This document shows, piece by piece, positions 10,436 to 21,324 of a stretch of DNA of 64,000 nt. The DNA lies in contig JAXGNR010000004.1 of the NCBI GenBank assembly GCA_040767965.1, positions 576,001-640,000 on the forward strand, in the 5' to 3' direction. The translations under genes and the position numbers were made by a program. This stretch comes from Atribacterota bacterium (GTDB taxonomy: Bacteria; Atribacterota; Phoenicimicrobiia; Phoenicimicrobiales; Stramentimicrobiaceae). The notes below the pieces were generated by a model, which made no database searches, was not told the origin of the DNA, and saw nothing but the letters and a program-made list of their open reading frames with translations. The first letter of the stretch is position 1. The number at the start of each line of letters is the position of its first letter.

Positions 10436-11321
10436 ATATATAAAAGATTATTTAAAATATCTGAACAGAAAAAAACATTTTTCTCAAAATACCATTATCG
10501 TATATATTAAAGATATTGAAAAACTAGTTAGTTTTGGCCAAGATAAAAATATAAAGAATATTGTTGATAATAATTTTTTACGGAAATATATTGTATTCTT
10601 GATTGAAAAAAAATACTCTGAAAGGACGATAGCTAGAAAAATATCATCCATTAGAGGTTTTTTTAAATATCTAGTTAGAGAAGGAATCATAGAAAATAAT
10701 CCTGCAGAATATTTGCAAACACCAAAAATAAAAAATAAGTTACCTAATTTTCTTTTTTTTGATGAAATAAGAATATTATTAAGCTCTGTAAAAACTGACT
10801 CTCCAAAAGATATAAGAGATAAGGCTATTCTAGAGATAATGTATGGTACAGGACTTAGAGTATCAGAATTAACCAATTTAAAAATATCTAATATCAATGA
10901 AAATGAAAATACAATGAAAGTTCTTGGAAAAGGTTCTAAAGAGAGAATACTACCTTTAAGCTACCCTGTGTTAAAATCAATGAAAAAATATAAAGAGATT
11001 AGAACAAAAATACCAAAAAAGGCATATCAAAATAATACAGATAATGAGCATTTTTTTATAAATTGTTTTGGGACAAAACTTTCTACCAGAAGTGTAAGGA
11101 GAATAGTTAACCATTATATGGATGTAGCAGGCTTGAATAAGAAAATAAGCCCACATGTTTTTCGACATACATTTGCCACGCACCTGTTAAACGGCGGAGC
11201 CGATCTAAGATCTGTTCAAGAAATGCTTGGACATGAAAATTTATCTACAACCCAAATATACACTCATATAACAAAGGATAAACTAATAGAAATTTATAAA
11301 AAAGCTATACCGAGAAAGTAA
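10410..11321 (+). CDS. xerC: Tyrosine recombinase XerC/XerD family
   Basis: GLRVSEL, GKGSKER, HVFRHTFATHLL, LGH, TQIYTH; topA-xerC-hslVU synteny. Confidence 0.9.
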   Translation: MEKTLAITEYIKDYLKYLNRKKHFSQNTIIVYIKDIEKLVSFGQDKNIKNIVDNNFLRKYIVFLIEKKYSERTIARKISSIRGFFKYLVREGIIENNPAEYLQTPKIKNKLPNFLFFDEIRILLSSVKTDSPKDIRDKAILEIMYGTGLRVSELTNLKISNINENENTMKVLGKGSKERILPLSYPVLKSMKKYKEIRTKIPKKAYQNNTDNEHFFINCFGTKLSTRSVRRIVNHYMDVAGLNKKISPHVFRHTFATHLLNGGADLRSVQEMLGHENLSTTQIYTHITKDKLIEIYKKAIPRK

Positions 11322-11424
11322 TAAAACATATAATTGCAATTTATTAAAGCCTAATATTAGAGTATAATATTATAATATAAACTAGCAGTAATTAAATAGT
11401 ACTGTTTAAGGAGATATAAGAAAA

Positions 11425-11970
11425 ATGTATAAAGGAACAACCATCATAGCTGTAAAAAAAGATAATAAAATTGCTATTGCCGGTGATGGGCAGATTACTA
11501 TGGGCAATACTATTGCAAAGAACAGAGCTAGAAAAGTACGAAAAATATATCATGACAAAATTTTAACAGGATTTGCGGGAGGGGCTGCAGATGCTCTTAC
11601 TTTATATGAAAGATTTGAAAATAAATTAGAAGAATACCAAGGCAATTTAAAAAAGGCTTCTATTGAACTGGCTAAAGACTGGAGAACTGACAAAATGCTT
11701 AGAAAATTGGAAGCACTTCTTATTGTTGCTGATTTGGATGACATGTTTACCATTTCCGGTAATGGAGATATTATTGAACCTGATAAACCAATTATTGCAA
11801 TCGGTTCCGGAGGAGCTTATGCCCTGGCAGCAGCGCAAGCGCTATATTCATTCACAAATTTATCAGCAAAAGAGATTGTATTGGAATCATTGAGAATAAC
11901 TGCTAAAATATGTATTTACACTAATGATGATATTACTGTTGAATCACTGGATACAAAGGAAGTGTACTAA
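11425..11970 (+). CDS. hslV: ATP-dependent protease peptidase subunit HslV
   Basis: GTTI N-terminal Thr, GDGQIT, GFAG, IGSGG. Confidence 0.97.
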   Translation: MYKGTTIIAVKKDNKIAIAGDGQITMGNTIAKNRARKVRKIYHDKILTGFAGGAADALTLYERFENKLEEYQGNLKKASIELAKDWRTDKMLRKLEALLIVADLDDMFTISGNGDIIEPDKPIIAIGSGGAYALAAAQALYSFTNLSAKEIVLESLRITAKICIYTNDDITVESLDTKEVY

Positions 11971-13358
11971 TGTTAAAAGGATATACTCCTTCAGAAATTG
12001 TATCTGAATTAGATAAATATATTATAGGACAAAAAAATGCTAAAGAGATTGTTGCAATTGCTTTGAGAAATAGAATTAGAAGAAAAAAATTATCAGCAAA
12101 GATGATGGAAGAGGTTACGCCAAAAAACATTATAATGATCGGACCAACGGGAGTTGGCAAAACAGAGATAGCAAGAAGGTTGGCTAGAATTGCCAATGCC
12201 CCCTTTGTTAAAGTCGAAGCAACAAAATTTACTGAAGTTGGCTATGTGGGAAAAGATGTAGATTCTATGATTAGAGACCTGGTTCAAGCATCAGTACAGC
12301 TAGTAAGAAAAGAAAAAATCCTTGAGATTCATGATGATGCTGAAAAAAGAGTTGAAGAGAGAATACTCCAATCGTTATTACCCGAAAAAACACCGGATGA
12401 CTTGGTTTATGATTATGATAAGAAAGAAAATTCTGATATTGTAGAAGTTGATAGCAATTCTAGTAAACAGGACAGATTCAAAAAAACAAAAGAAAAATTA
12501 AGAGAAAAGCTTATATCAGGAGAATTGGAAGAAAAAGAAATATTTATTGAAGTTGAAGAAAGAACACAATCTCCTATGGATATGTTCTCAAATATGGGCA
12601 TTGAAGGAATAGGAATAAATTTTAAGGATATAATGGACCGGATGCTTCCAAACAAGAAAAAAAGACAAAAATTAAAAATAGCAGAAGCAAAAAAAATATT
12701 GCTTGATGATGAAGTGGAAAAAATGCTGGATACTAATAAATTGGCAAAAGAAGCCATTGAAAGAGCAGAAGAATTAGGAATTGTTTTCATAGATGAAATT
12801 GATAAAATTGCAATGAAAGAGAATTCATATGGCCCTGATGTTTCCAGAAGTGGAGTGCAAAGAGATATTTTACCGATAATTGAGGGTTCCACGGTTGTTA
12901 CAAAATATGGGATAATTAAAACAGATCATATACTTTTTATTGCTGCCGGAGCTTTTAATTCTACAAAACCTTCTGATCTAATTCCAGAACTGCAAGGCAG
13001 ATTTCCATTAAGGGTTGAATTAAATAGTTTGAGAATAAATGATTTGGAAAAAATATTAACCGAACCGGAAAACTCTCTAATTAAACAATATGATGCTTTA
13101 TTAAGAACAGAAGGTATTAGATTAGAATTCGCATCAGAAGCAATAAAAGAAATAGCAAGAATTGCAGCAGTAGTAAATGATCAAAATGAGAATATTGGTG
13201 CAAGAAGGCTCCACACAATTTTAGAAAAGTTATTAGAAAGAATTTCATTTAATGCTTCAAAGATCAAAAAAAAGAAAATAGTGATTAGTAAAAAATATGT
13301 AAAAACAAGATTAAATAACATAATTAGAAAAGAAGATTTAAGTAAATATATATTATAG
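11970..13358 (+). CDS. hslU: ATP-dependent protease ATPase subunit HslU
   Basis: GPTGVGKTEIARRLA, GYVG pore loop, FIDEIDKI, C-terminal DLSKYIL. Confidence 0.97.
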   Translation: MLKGYTPSEIVSELDKYIIGQKNAKEIVAIALRNRIRRKKLSAKMMEEVTPKNIIMIGPTGVGKTEIARRLARIANAPFVKVEATKFTEVGYVGKDVDSMIRDLVQASVQLVRKEKILEIHDDAEKRVEERILQSLLPEKTPDDLVYDYDKKENSDIVEVDSNSSKQDRFKKTKEKLREKLISGELEEKEIFIEVEERTQSPMDMFSNMGIEGIGINFKDIMDRMLPNKKKRQKLKIAEAKKILLDDEVEKMLDTNKLAKEAIERAEELGIVFIDEIDKIAMKENSYGPDVSRSGVQRDILPIIEGSTVVTKYGIIKTDHILFIAAGAFNSTKPSDLIPELQGRFPLRVELNSLRINDLEKILTEPENSLIKQYDALLRTEGIRLEFASEAIKEIARIAAVVNDQNENIGARRLHTILEKLLERISFNASKIKKKKIVISKKYVKTRLNNIIRKEDLSKYIL

Positions 13359-13403
13359 TTAATAAATGAATTAAGCTTTTGTTTATTCTAAAATATTAAC
13401 CTC

Positions 13404-13432
13404 TTGATAAACAAAATTAATTATGCTATACT
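13404..13432 (+). promoter_or_regulatory. Sigma70/SigA promoter of rpsB-tsf operon
   Basis: TTGATA-N17-TATACT with extended -10 TG, ~75 bp upstream of rpsB. Confidence 0.6.
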
Positions 13433-13506
13433 GATTTGGTTTTTATCAATATTAATTTATAATATAATATATATAAATTTAAAAAAAATAAAAGGAGCGT
13501 GGTTAT

Positions 13507-14226
13507 TTGAGCGTTGTATCTATGAAACAATTATTAGAATCAGGAGTTCATTTTGGTCATCAAAAAAGACGTTGGGATCCTAGAATGAAACCTTATATCT
13601 TTACTGAAAGAAATAATATTTATATTATTGATCTTCAACAAACAGTCAAACTGATTGATGAGGCTTATAATTTTGTCCACAATCTAGTTAGGAATAATGG
13701 TAATATTTTGTTTGTAGGAACAAAGAAACAAGCCCAAGAAGCTATAAGTTCAGAGGCGGAAAAGTGTGGAATGCCATATATTAACTATAGATGGTTAGGT
13801 GGTACTTTAACTAATTATAATACAATAAACCAGAGGGTTAAAAGGCTTTTTCAACTAGAAAAAATGGAACAAGGAGATGATTTTAATTTCCTTCCCAAAA
13901 AAGAAGTTATAATATTAAAAAGAGAGAAAGAAAAACTGGAAAAACTTTTAACTGGAATAAAAAATATGGAAAGACTGCCGGATGCTTTGTTCATTATAGA
14001 CCCGAAAAGAGAAAAAATAGCAGTTGCTGAAGCTAAAAAATTGTCTATCCCAATAGTGGCTGTTGTAGACACAAATTGTAATCCTGAAGAAATCGATTAT
14101 TTAATTCCTGGTAACGATGATGCTATAAGAGCTATTAAATTAATGACTGCTGTTATTGCTGATGCAGTTTTAGAAGGTAAAAAGTCATCTTTGGAAGAAA
14201 AAGAAAATTCTAAAATTGCAGTATAA
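13507..14226 (+). CDS. rpsB: 30S ribosomal protein S2
   Basis: [29 protein letters not shown]; TTG start after AGGAG. Confidence 0.97.
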   Translation: MSVVSMKQLLESGVHFGHQKRRWDPRMKPYIFTERNNIYIIDLQQTVKLIDEAYNFVHNLVRNNGNILFVGTKKQAQEAISSEAEKCGMPYINYRWLGGTLTNYNTINQRVKRLFQLEKMEQGDDFNFLPKKEVIILKREKEKLEKLLTGIKNMERLPDALFIIDPKREKIAVAEAKKLSIPIVAVVDTNCNPEEIDYLIPGNDDAIRAIKLMTAVIADAVLEGKKSSLEEKENSKIAV

Positions 14227-14285
14227 TTCAATTATTAATTGTTTTTTTAAAAGATAAAAATGTTAACTAAAAGGAGACAAACAAA

Positions 14286-14879
14286 ATGAGTATTAGCGCT
14301 AAATCAGTTAAGGAGCTAAGAGATAAAACTGGTGCAGGCATGATGGATTGCAAAAAAGCATTGCTGCACTCAGAAGGCGATCCGGATAAGGCCCTTGACT
14401 ATTTAAGAAAAAAAGGCATACAATCAGCTACTTCTAAATTAAGTAGAAAAGCATCCAATGGAATAATTACATCTTATATTCATCTAAATGGCAAAGTTGG
14501 AGTTTTGCTTGAGATAAATTGCGAAACTGATTTTGTTTCAAAAACTAATGAGTTCAATGAGCTGGCAAAAAATATTACTTTACAAATAGCTGCTGCAAAC
14601 CCGAAATATGTAAAAAGAGAAGATGTTCCTCAGGATGTTATTGATAAGGAAAAGGAAGTATATTACGGTCAAGCGGAAAATATGAATAAGCCTCCAAAAG
14701 TACTTGAAAGTATAGTCGAAGGTAAAATTAATAAGTTCTATAAAGAGATATGTTTATTAGAGCAACCATATATTCGCGATCCAGAAAAAACAGTTAATGA
14801 GCTGGTCCTGGAAACTATTGCAAAAATTAAGGAAAACATTGTGGTAAAAAGGTTTACTAGATATCAGCTTGGAGAATAG
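14286..14879 (+). CDS. tsf: Elongation factor Ts (short ~197 aa form)
   Basis: VKELRDKTGAGMMDCKKAL, NCETDFV. Confidence 0.96.
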   Translation: MSISAKSVKELRDKTGAGMMDCKKALLHSEGDPDKALDYLRKKGIQSATSKLSRKASNGIITSYIHLNGKVGVLLEINCETDFVSKTNEFNELAKNITLQIAAANPKYVKREDVPQDVIDKEKEVYYGQAENMNKPPKVLESIVEGKINKFYKEICLLEQPYIRDPEKTVNELVLETIAKIKENIVVKRFTRYQLGE

Positions 14880-14888
14880 AATATTGTA

Positions 14889-15614
14889 ATGAATAATAAA
14901 AAATCTGTTTATAAAAGGATATTATTAAAACTAGGTGGTGAATCTTTCTCTGGAGAAGGCAAAGCGGGAATCGATATAGAAAAGGTAAAATTTCTATCTG
15001 AAGAATTGGCTGAAGTAAAAAAAATGGGTATTCAGATAGCAATAGTTATCGGAGGAGGAAACATTTTTAGAGGAAGAGAAGCAAGCAAGAGAGGAATAAA
15101 CCAGGTTTCAGCAGATTATATGGGAATGCTGGGTACGGTTATAAACGCTTTAGCATTACAGGATTCATTAGAAAAACTTAACATCGAAACAAGAGTTCAA
15201 ACTGCTATTGAGATGAGAGCAGTTGCCGAACCCTATATAAGAAGAAGAGCAATCCGTCACTTGGAAAAAGATAGAATTGTTATACTTGCTGCAGGAACCG
15301 GACATCCTTTTTTTACCACAGATACAGCTGCGGCATTGAGGGCAATCGAACTGGATGCTGATGCAATATTGAAAGCTACGAAAGTTGATGGAGTATATGA
15401 ATCTGATCCACTTGTCAACAATGATGCTTTAAAGTTTAAAAAAATAAGTTTTTTAGATTTTTTAAACAAAAACCTAAAGGTAATGGATGCCACTTCAATT
15501 TCATTATGCATGGAAAATAAAGTCCCTATAGTAGTGTTTAACATTAATAATCCTGGAAATATTAAAAAAGTTATTTTAGGAGAACAAATTGGCACTATAG
15601 TAAAGGAGGATTGA
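14889..15614 (+). CDS. pyrH: UMP kinase
   Basis: [29 protein letters not shown]. Confidence 0.97.
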   Translation: MNNKKSVYKRILLKLGGESFSGEGKAGIDIEKVKFLSEELAEVKKMGIQIAIVIGGGNIFRGREASKRGINQVSADYMGMLGTVINALALQDSLEKLNIETRVQTAIEMRAVAEPYIRRRAIRHLEKDRIVILAAGTGHPFFTTDTAAALRAIELDADAILKATKVDGVYESDPLVNNDALKFKKISFLDFLNKNLKVMDATSISLCMENKVPIVVFNINNPGNIKKVILGEQIGTIVKED

Positions 15615-15615
15615 A

Positions 15616-16173
15616 ATGCTAAAAGTAATAATAAATGAAACAGAAGATAAAATGAAAAAAGCTATTAAAGTCTTGAAGGATGAGCTTTCTCATATGAGAA
15701 CAGGCCGGGCCTCAACCGCTTTGATTGAAAACATTAAAATTGAATATTATGGAACAGAAACCCCCTTAAGAGAACTAGCAAATTTAGCCGTCCCTGAAGC
15801 GGAATTAATTGTAATACAACCATGGGATAAAACCATTATTAATGTAATTGAAAAATCTATCTGGAAAGCGGATATAGGTATTACACCTAATAATGATGGA
15901 AATGTTATCAGGTTAACAATACCTCCAATGACAGAAGATAGAAGAAAAGAAATAGCTAAACTAATAAAAAAAGAAGCAGAGGCTGCCAAGGTAGCTGTTA
16001 GAAATGTCAGAAGAGATATTAATGATAAAATAAAAAAAATGGGAAAAAATAGCGATATTTCTGAAGACCAAAGTAAAGAAGTCCTGAAAGAAGTGCAAGA
16101 AATTACAGACCGCTATACTAAGGATATTGATGAAATTTATAAGGCAAAAGAAGTAGAAATTATGAAAGTCTAA
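15616..16173 (+). CDS. frr: Ribosome recycling factor
   Basis: RTGRA, YYGTETPL, PPMTEDRRKE, VRNVRRD. Confidence 0.97.
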   Translation: MLKVIINETEDKMKKAIKVLKDELSHMRTGRASTALIENIKIEYYGTETPLRELANLAVPEAELIVIQPWDKTIINVIEKSIWKADIGITPNNDGNVIRLTIPPMTEDRRKEIAKLIKKEAEAAKVAVRNVRRDINDKIKKMGKNSDISEDQSKEVLKEVQEITDRYTKDIDEIYKAKEVEIMKV

Positions 16174-16236
16174 AATATATTGTAATAACAACCTTATTAG
16201 AAATTTTATATATTGTTTTATTGATTAAAAATATGT

Positions 16237-16298
16237 AATCCCCCTAATACCAAAACATGTGAGATGTTAAAAAGTATTTTCAAAATGGGGATTTTTTT
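16237..16298 (+). terminator. Possible intrinsic terminator after frr
   Basis: AATCCCC...GGGGATT outer stem with inner AATAC/GTATT and AACAT/ATGTT pairings, followed by a T tract; stem is interrupted. Confidence 0.3.
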
Positions 16299-16331
16299 AT
16301 AAGTTAATCCAAATGGGAAAAAGTTGTGTAA

Positions 16332-17093
16332 ATGATTAAATATAATTATTTTGACAATACAAAGGAAAAACAAAATATCTCTAACATCAGACATTTAGCT
16401 ATTATTATGGATGGTAACAGAAGATGGGCTAAAAAAAGAAATTTACCCAGTTTTATAGGGCATAAAGCAGGTCTAAATACTATTAAAATGGTCATTGAAG
16501 AATCAATAAAATCTGATATAGAAATATTAACACTTTATGCTTTTTCTACTGAGAACTGGAAAAGATCCTCTAAAGAAGTTAATTCGCTTATGGATATTTT
16601 CTATGAAAGTATAATTAGAGAAGAAGATAATTTAATAAAAAATAGCATAAAGGTGAAATTTATTGGTATCCGAGATAATTTATCAAAAAAATTAATCAAT
16701 GCTATGGTTGATTTGGAGAAAAAAACCTCTGAAAATATAAAATTAATATTAAATATTGCAATAAATTATGGTGGAAGAAATGAGATATGTAATGCCGTCA
16801 AAATAATTTGCAAAAAATATTCCCAAATGTCATTAGATGAATCATTAAGTGAAATAGATCGTTTAAATGAAAATATTATAGAAAAACATCTTTTTACTAC
16901 TGGAATACCCGATCCGGATTTATTGATAAGGACCGGAGGAGAAAAAAGAATAAGCAATTTTCTTTTATGGCAGTTAGCATATACGGAATTATGGTTTACA
17001 GATACTTATTGGCCAGATTTTAATTCGGAAGAATTTCACAATTCAATTAAAGATTATGAAAAAAGGGTGAGGAAGTTTGGGGGAGCGATTTGA
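16332..17093 (+). CDS. uppS: Undecaprenyl diphosphate synthase
   Basis: HLAIIMDGNRRWA, YAFSTENWKR, DLLIRTGGEKRISNFLLWQ. Confidence 0.96.
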   Translation: MIKYNYFDNTKEKQNISNIRHLAIIMDGNRRWAKKRNLPSFIGHKAGLNTIKMVIEESIKSDIEILTLYAFSTENWKRSSKEVNSLMDIFYESIIREEDNLIKNSIKVKFIGIRDNLSKKLINAMVDLEKKTSENIKLILNIAINYGGRNEICNAVKIICKKYSQMSLDESLSEIDRLNENIIEKHLFTTGIPDPDLLIRTGGEKRISNFLLWQLAYTELWFTDTYWPDFNSEEFHNSIKDYEKRVRKFGGAI

Positions 17094-17901
17094 AAAAATA
17101 AAGACCAGAATTATTACTATTCTCCTAGGAGTTCCATTGGTATTTTTAATAATTCACAATGGTGGAACAATATTTCATCTAACAGTTATTTTGCTCTCTG
17201 TTTTAGGAAATATAGAATTGTGGACGATTATTAAAAATAGAGAATATCGACCTTCTTTATTATTTAGCATCTTATTAACAAATTTCTATTTGTTTACAAG
17301 ACTTAGTTATGAATATGAATTAAATATAGATATTATTTATTTCAATCTAATATTTCTAGTGTTAGTTTTCCTCATTTTTGCTGAGCACTTTGTATTTAAA
17401 AAAAATAAGGAAAATATGGTTACAAACATAGCCATAACATTTTTTATCTCCATTTATATCGGGTATTTGCTTTCATATTTAATTTTCATTAGAAAATTAG
17501 AACAAGGACATATTTATTTAAGTTTTGTTCTTTTCTCCACATGGATGAGTGATGCAGCAGCTTACCTGGTAGGGGTAAAATTCGGGAAAAATCATATTTT
17601 CCCGAAAGTGAGTCCAAATAAGACACTGGAGGGTTCTATTGGTGGTGTTTTTGGAGGTGTTTTGAGTGGGTTATTATTCTCATTTTTTGCACCACTAAAT
17701 TTATATCTACTTGCCTTCCTTGGTTTAATCATTTCCATAAGCGGTCAAATTGGTGATTTATTCGAATCAATGATAAAGAGAAATTTTAAAGTGAAAGATT
17801 CAGGGAATATGATTCCCGGGCATGGTGGGATACTGGATTGTATGGACAGCATATTATTTTCAGTCCCGGTATTATACTATATTTTATTATTTATATTGTG
17901 A
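17077..17901 (+). CDS. cdsA: Phosphatidate cytidylyltransferase
   Basis: Multi-TM; SPNKTLEG, GDLFESMIKR..VKDSG..IPGHGGILD. Confidence 0.95.
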   Translation: MGERFEKIKTRIITILLGVPLVFLIIHNGGTIFHLTVILLSVLGNIELWTIIKNREYRPSLLFSILLTNFYLFTRLSYEYELNIDIIYFNLIFLVLVFLIFAEHFVFKKNKENMVTNIAITFFISIYIGYLLSYLIFIRKLEQGHIYLSFVLFSTWMSDAAAYLVGVKFGKNHIFPKVSPNKTLEGSIGGVFGGVLSGLLFSFFAPLNLYLLAFLGLIISISGQIGDLFESMIKRNFKVKDSGNMIPGHGGILDCMDSILFSVPVLYYILLFIL

Positions 17902-17938
17902 TTGCGAAAGATTATAAAAAAATTTTGGAGATGTGTTT

Positions 17939-19110
17939 ATGAAAAAAGGTATTGGAATATTGGGGTCTACCGGTTCTATTGGAAAACAAACACTAGAAGT
18001 TATAGACTCTGAAATAGATAATTTCGAGATAATTGCCTTGTCTGCCTGGAAAAATGTGGATTTATTAAAAAAGCAAATTCTTAAATATAAGCCTGGTATG
18101 TAGCTGTTAAAGACGAAAAATTAGCTCGAGAATTAAGAAATAAATTAAAAAATAAAAATAACTGCAGCATACTATATGGAGAATATGGACTTACAAAAAT
18201 TGCTTCTCTAAAAGAAATTGAGATTTTAATAGTTGGAACATCAGGAATGATGATATTAAATTCAGTTTTAGAAGCAATTAAAAATAATAAAATAATTGGA
18301 CTTGCAAACAAAGAGGTTATTGTTTCAGCTGGTGAAATAATAATGAAAGAAGTTAAAGACAAAATGACAATTGTACCTATTGACAGTGAACATAATGGTA
18401 TATTTCAATGTATTAACCCTGTACATATAAAAAATATTGAAAAAATTATAATAACTGCCTCTGGAGGTCCTTTTTACCATTTAAAAGAATCAGCTTTAGA
18501 TAATGTATCAGTAGAAGAGGCTTTAAACCATCCTAACTGGAAAATGGGCAATAAGATCTCCATTGATTCTGCAACATTGATGAATAAGGGTTTAGAGGTG
18601 ATAGAAGCTCACTGGCTCTTTGATATTGCTGTTAACAAAATAGATGTTTTAATTCATCCTCAAAGTTATGTACATGCTTTGGTTCAATACGATGATGGCA
18701 GCATGTTAGCACAGTTAAGCGAACATGATATGAGAATTCCCATACAGTTTGCATTACATTATCCCCATAGAATAAAAAATAATTTTCCAAGGTTAAATCT
18801 GGCAAAAATAAGTCAACTGTCATTTAAGAAACTTGATGCAAAAAGATTTCCCAGCGTTGAGCTCTGCTATGAAGCAATTAGACAGGGGGGTACTTTGCCA
18901 GCAGCGTTGAACGCTTCTAACGAGGTTGCAGTTAATGCATTTTTAAATCAAGGTTTGAAATTTAAAGACATTATTAAGATAGTATCTATTGTTGTGGGAA
19001 AACATCAGAATAAATTAAATCCAAATATTAATGATATAATAGATGTTGATAAAGAAACAAGAAAAATAACAGCACAACTTTGTACAGATACAAAAATCAG
19101 CTATCAATGA
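17939..19110 (+). CDS. dxr: 1-deoxy-D-xylulose 5-phosphate reductoisomerase, frameshifted at ~18091-18100 (probable sequencing error or recent pseudogene)
   Basis: ATG 17939 gives [25 protein letters not shown] then TAG at 18101; -1 frame continues [49 protein letters not shown]. Confidence 0.93.
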
Positions 19111-19145
19111 GAATATAGAAATAATTATTTAAGTTAAAGGAGAAA

Positions 19146-20207
19146 ATGATATTGCTAACAGTACTATCTTTTATTTTTGTTTTAGGAATAGCAATTTTAT
19201 TTCATGAATTTGGACATTTTATTACAGCGAAAGCAGCAGGTGTAAAAGTATTTAGTTTTGCTTTGGGTTTTGGTCCTAAAATAGTTGGATTTTATTGGAA
19301 AGGTACTGAATACAAATTGTGTATGTTCCCTTTTGGTGGTTATGTCAAAATGGCCGGAGAAGATTCTTCTGAAGAAAATAATGACGATAAACAAAATAAA
19401 AACAATATACCTGACAATCAAAGGTTTGACAAAAAACCATTTTCAATTAGAGCTGCAGTTATAATAAATGGTCCAATAATGAACATTGTTTTAGCTACAA
19501 TTTTGCTTGCAATAGTATTCTTTTTTACCGGTCAAGCTGAAATATCAAATAAAATTAGCGAAGTATCTTTAGACAGTCCAGCAGGTGTTGCAGGTTTACA
19601 AAATGGTGACACCATAATCGAAATTAATGAAAAGGTAATAAGCAATGCAGAAGAGATAACGAAAATAATAAATGAAAGCCTTGATGAGGAATTGATGATT
19701 ACTGTAATGCGTGAAAATGAAAAATTAGATTTTTATTTATTTCCAGAGTACAATGCTGAGCACGGAAGAGCTATGATAGGTATCACTCTTGATATTGATT
19801 TTAAAAAAATATCTATTTTTTCAGCACTAAATAAATCTTTTGCCATGACTAAAGAAATACTAATTTTAATTGGGAAAAGCTTTTCTGAAATGATAACAGG
19901 CACCATGCCAGTTGAACTGGCAGGTCCATTAGGTATTGCACAAATGGCAGGGGAAGCCGCCAGAGTAGGGTTCCTTAATTTATTATTTTTTGCTGCAGTT
20001 ATAAACATATTTCTAGGGGTGATAAATCTTTTGCCAATACCTATAATGGACGGCGGTCAAATATTATTATTAATAATAGAGAAGATAAGAAAAAAGCCAC
20101 TTGAACCGGAACATATTAATTTTCTTTATCTGGCTGGAACTACTCTTGTTGTTATGATATTTTTAATTGCAACTTATCAAGATATTATAAGAATATTTAC
20201 AGATTAA
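19146..20207 (+). CDS. rseP: RIP metalloprotease RseP
   Basis: HEFGH, GGYVKM, PDZ domain, NLLPIPIMDGG. Confidence 0.95.
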   Translation: MILLTVLSFIFVLGIAILFHEFGHFITAKAAGVKVFSFALGFGPKIVGFYWKGTEYKLCMFPFGGYVKMAGEDSSEENNDDKQNKNNIPDNQRFDKKPFSIRAAVIINGPIMNIVLATILLAIVFFFTGQAEISNKISEVSLDSPAGVAGLQNGDTIIEINEKVISNAEEITKIINESLDEELMITVMRENEKLDFYLFPEYNAEHGRAMIGITLDIDFKKISIFSALNKSFAMTKEILILIGKSFSEMITGTMPVELAGPLGIAQMAGEAARVGFLNLLFFAAVINIFLGVINLLPIPIMDGGQILLLIIEKIRKKPLEPEHINFLYLAGTTLVVMIFLIATYQDIIRIFTD

Positions 20208-20234
20208 CAAATATTAAAAAAGAATAGGATCAAA

Positions 20235-21323
20235 ATGAATTACCAAAGAATTAGGAGAAAAACTACTATTTCACAAATTGGAAAATTAAAAATAGGTGGA
20301 GAGGCCCCTATTTCAGTCCAGTCTATGACTAGCTGCAATGTTAAAGACTATAGCCTAACAGTTCAACAAATAAAAAAACTAGAGTCGGCTGGATGTGACT
20401 TAATAAGAATTGCATTTCCTGATATTGAATCATGCAAAATGATACCTCTTTTAAAAAAGATAACATCAATGCCATTAATGGGTGATATTCATTTTGATCC
20501 AAGAATCGCACTTTCAGCAATAAATAACGGAATAGATGGAATAAGAATAAATCCTGGGAATATACGCAAAGAATCCCAGTGGTTAAGTGTTATTAATGCA
20601 GCAAAAAATAATAATGTAATGATTAGATTTGGTATTAATTCTGGTTCAATTGATAAAACCATATTGGCAAAGTACCCCGAACCTGATTATAAAGCATTGA
20701 TTGAGGAAACAGAAAACTTACTAGAATTTTTAGAAAAAATAGATTATAAAAACATTGTTATTTCTATTAAGTCCAGTAATGTAATAGATACCATTATTGC
20801 AAATCAAGTAATTGCCAGTAAATGTGATTACCCTTTACACCTGGGGGTTACCGAAGCAGGATTTGGACGATCCGGAGTTATAAAATCTGCAATTGGTATT
20901 GGCACACTCCTTTTTAAAGGTATTGGTGATACCATCAGAGTGTCTTTATCTGGTGACCCGGAAGACGAGGTGCTTGCCGGTCATGATATATTATCTTCAT
21001 TGGAAATAAAAAAAAGAGGAGTAAATATAATTTCTTGTCCTACTTGTGGGAGATGTGAAGTTGATATCTATAAAATCGCATCGGAAATAGAGAATAAATT
21101 TAAAAAAATAAAAAAACCAATAACAATTGCTATAATGGGATGTGTGGTTAATGGGCCTGGTGAGGCAAAAAGTGCAGATATAGGAATAGCTTTTAACAAA
21201 AAAGAGGCTATGATTTTTAAAAAAGGGGAAATGATAAAACGATTAAACTACACTGATTCAGATTATCAGTTAGTAAGTGAAATTCAAGATATATTAAGTA
21301 AGACTATCCAAAAAGAGGGTTAA
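20235..21323 (+). CDS. ispG: HMBPP synthase IspG
   Basis: VQSMT, DIHF, RINPGN, LHLGVTEAG, CPTCGRC, GCVVNGPGE. Confidence 0.97.
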   Translation: MNYQRIRRKTTISQIGKLKIGGEAPISVQSMTSCNVKDYSLTVQQIKKLESAGCDLIRIAFPDIESCKMIPLLKKITSMPLMGDIHFDPRIALSAINNGIDGIRINPGNIRKESQWLSVINAAKNNNVMIRFGINSGSIDKTILAKYPEPDYKALIEETENLLEFLEKIDYKNIVISIKSSNVIDTIIANQVIASKCDYPLHLGVTEAGFGRSGVIKSAIGIGTLLFKGIGDTIRVSLSGDPEDEVLAGHDILSSLEIKKRGVNIISCPTCGRCEVDIYKIASEIENKFKKIKKPITIAIMGCVVNGPGEAKSADIGIAFNKKEAMIFKKGEMIKRLNYTDSDYQLVSEIQDILSKTIQKEG

Positions 21324-21324
21324 A

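Noticed and set aside
10410-11321. Tyrosine recombinase as a phage or island integrase
   Set aside because: Canonical topA-xerC-hslVU context, no arm-binding extension, att sites or cargo
14286-14879. EF-Ts appearing truncated (197 aa)
   Set aside because: Matches the known short EF-Ts class (Thermus-like) with a normal RF.RYQLGE C-terminus
17089-17101. Possible third frameshift at cdsA start (TTG AAA AAA TAA)
   Set aside because: In-frame TTG at 17077 has an acceptable SD (AAGGGTGA), so no shift is required
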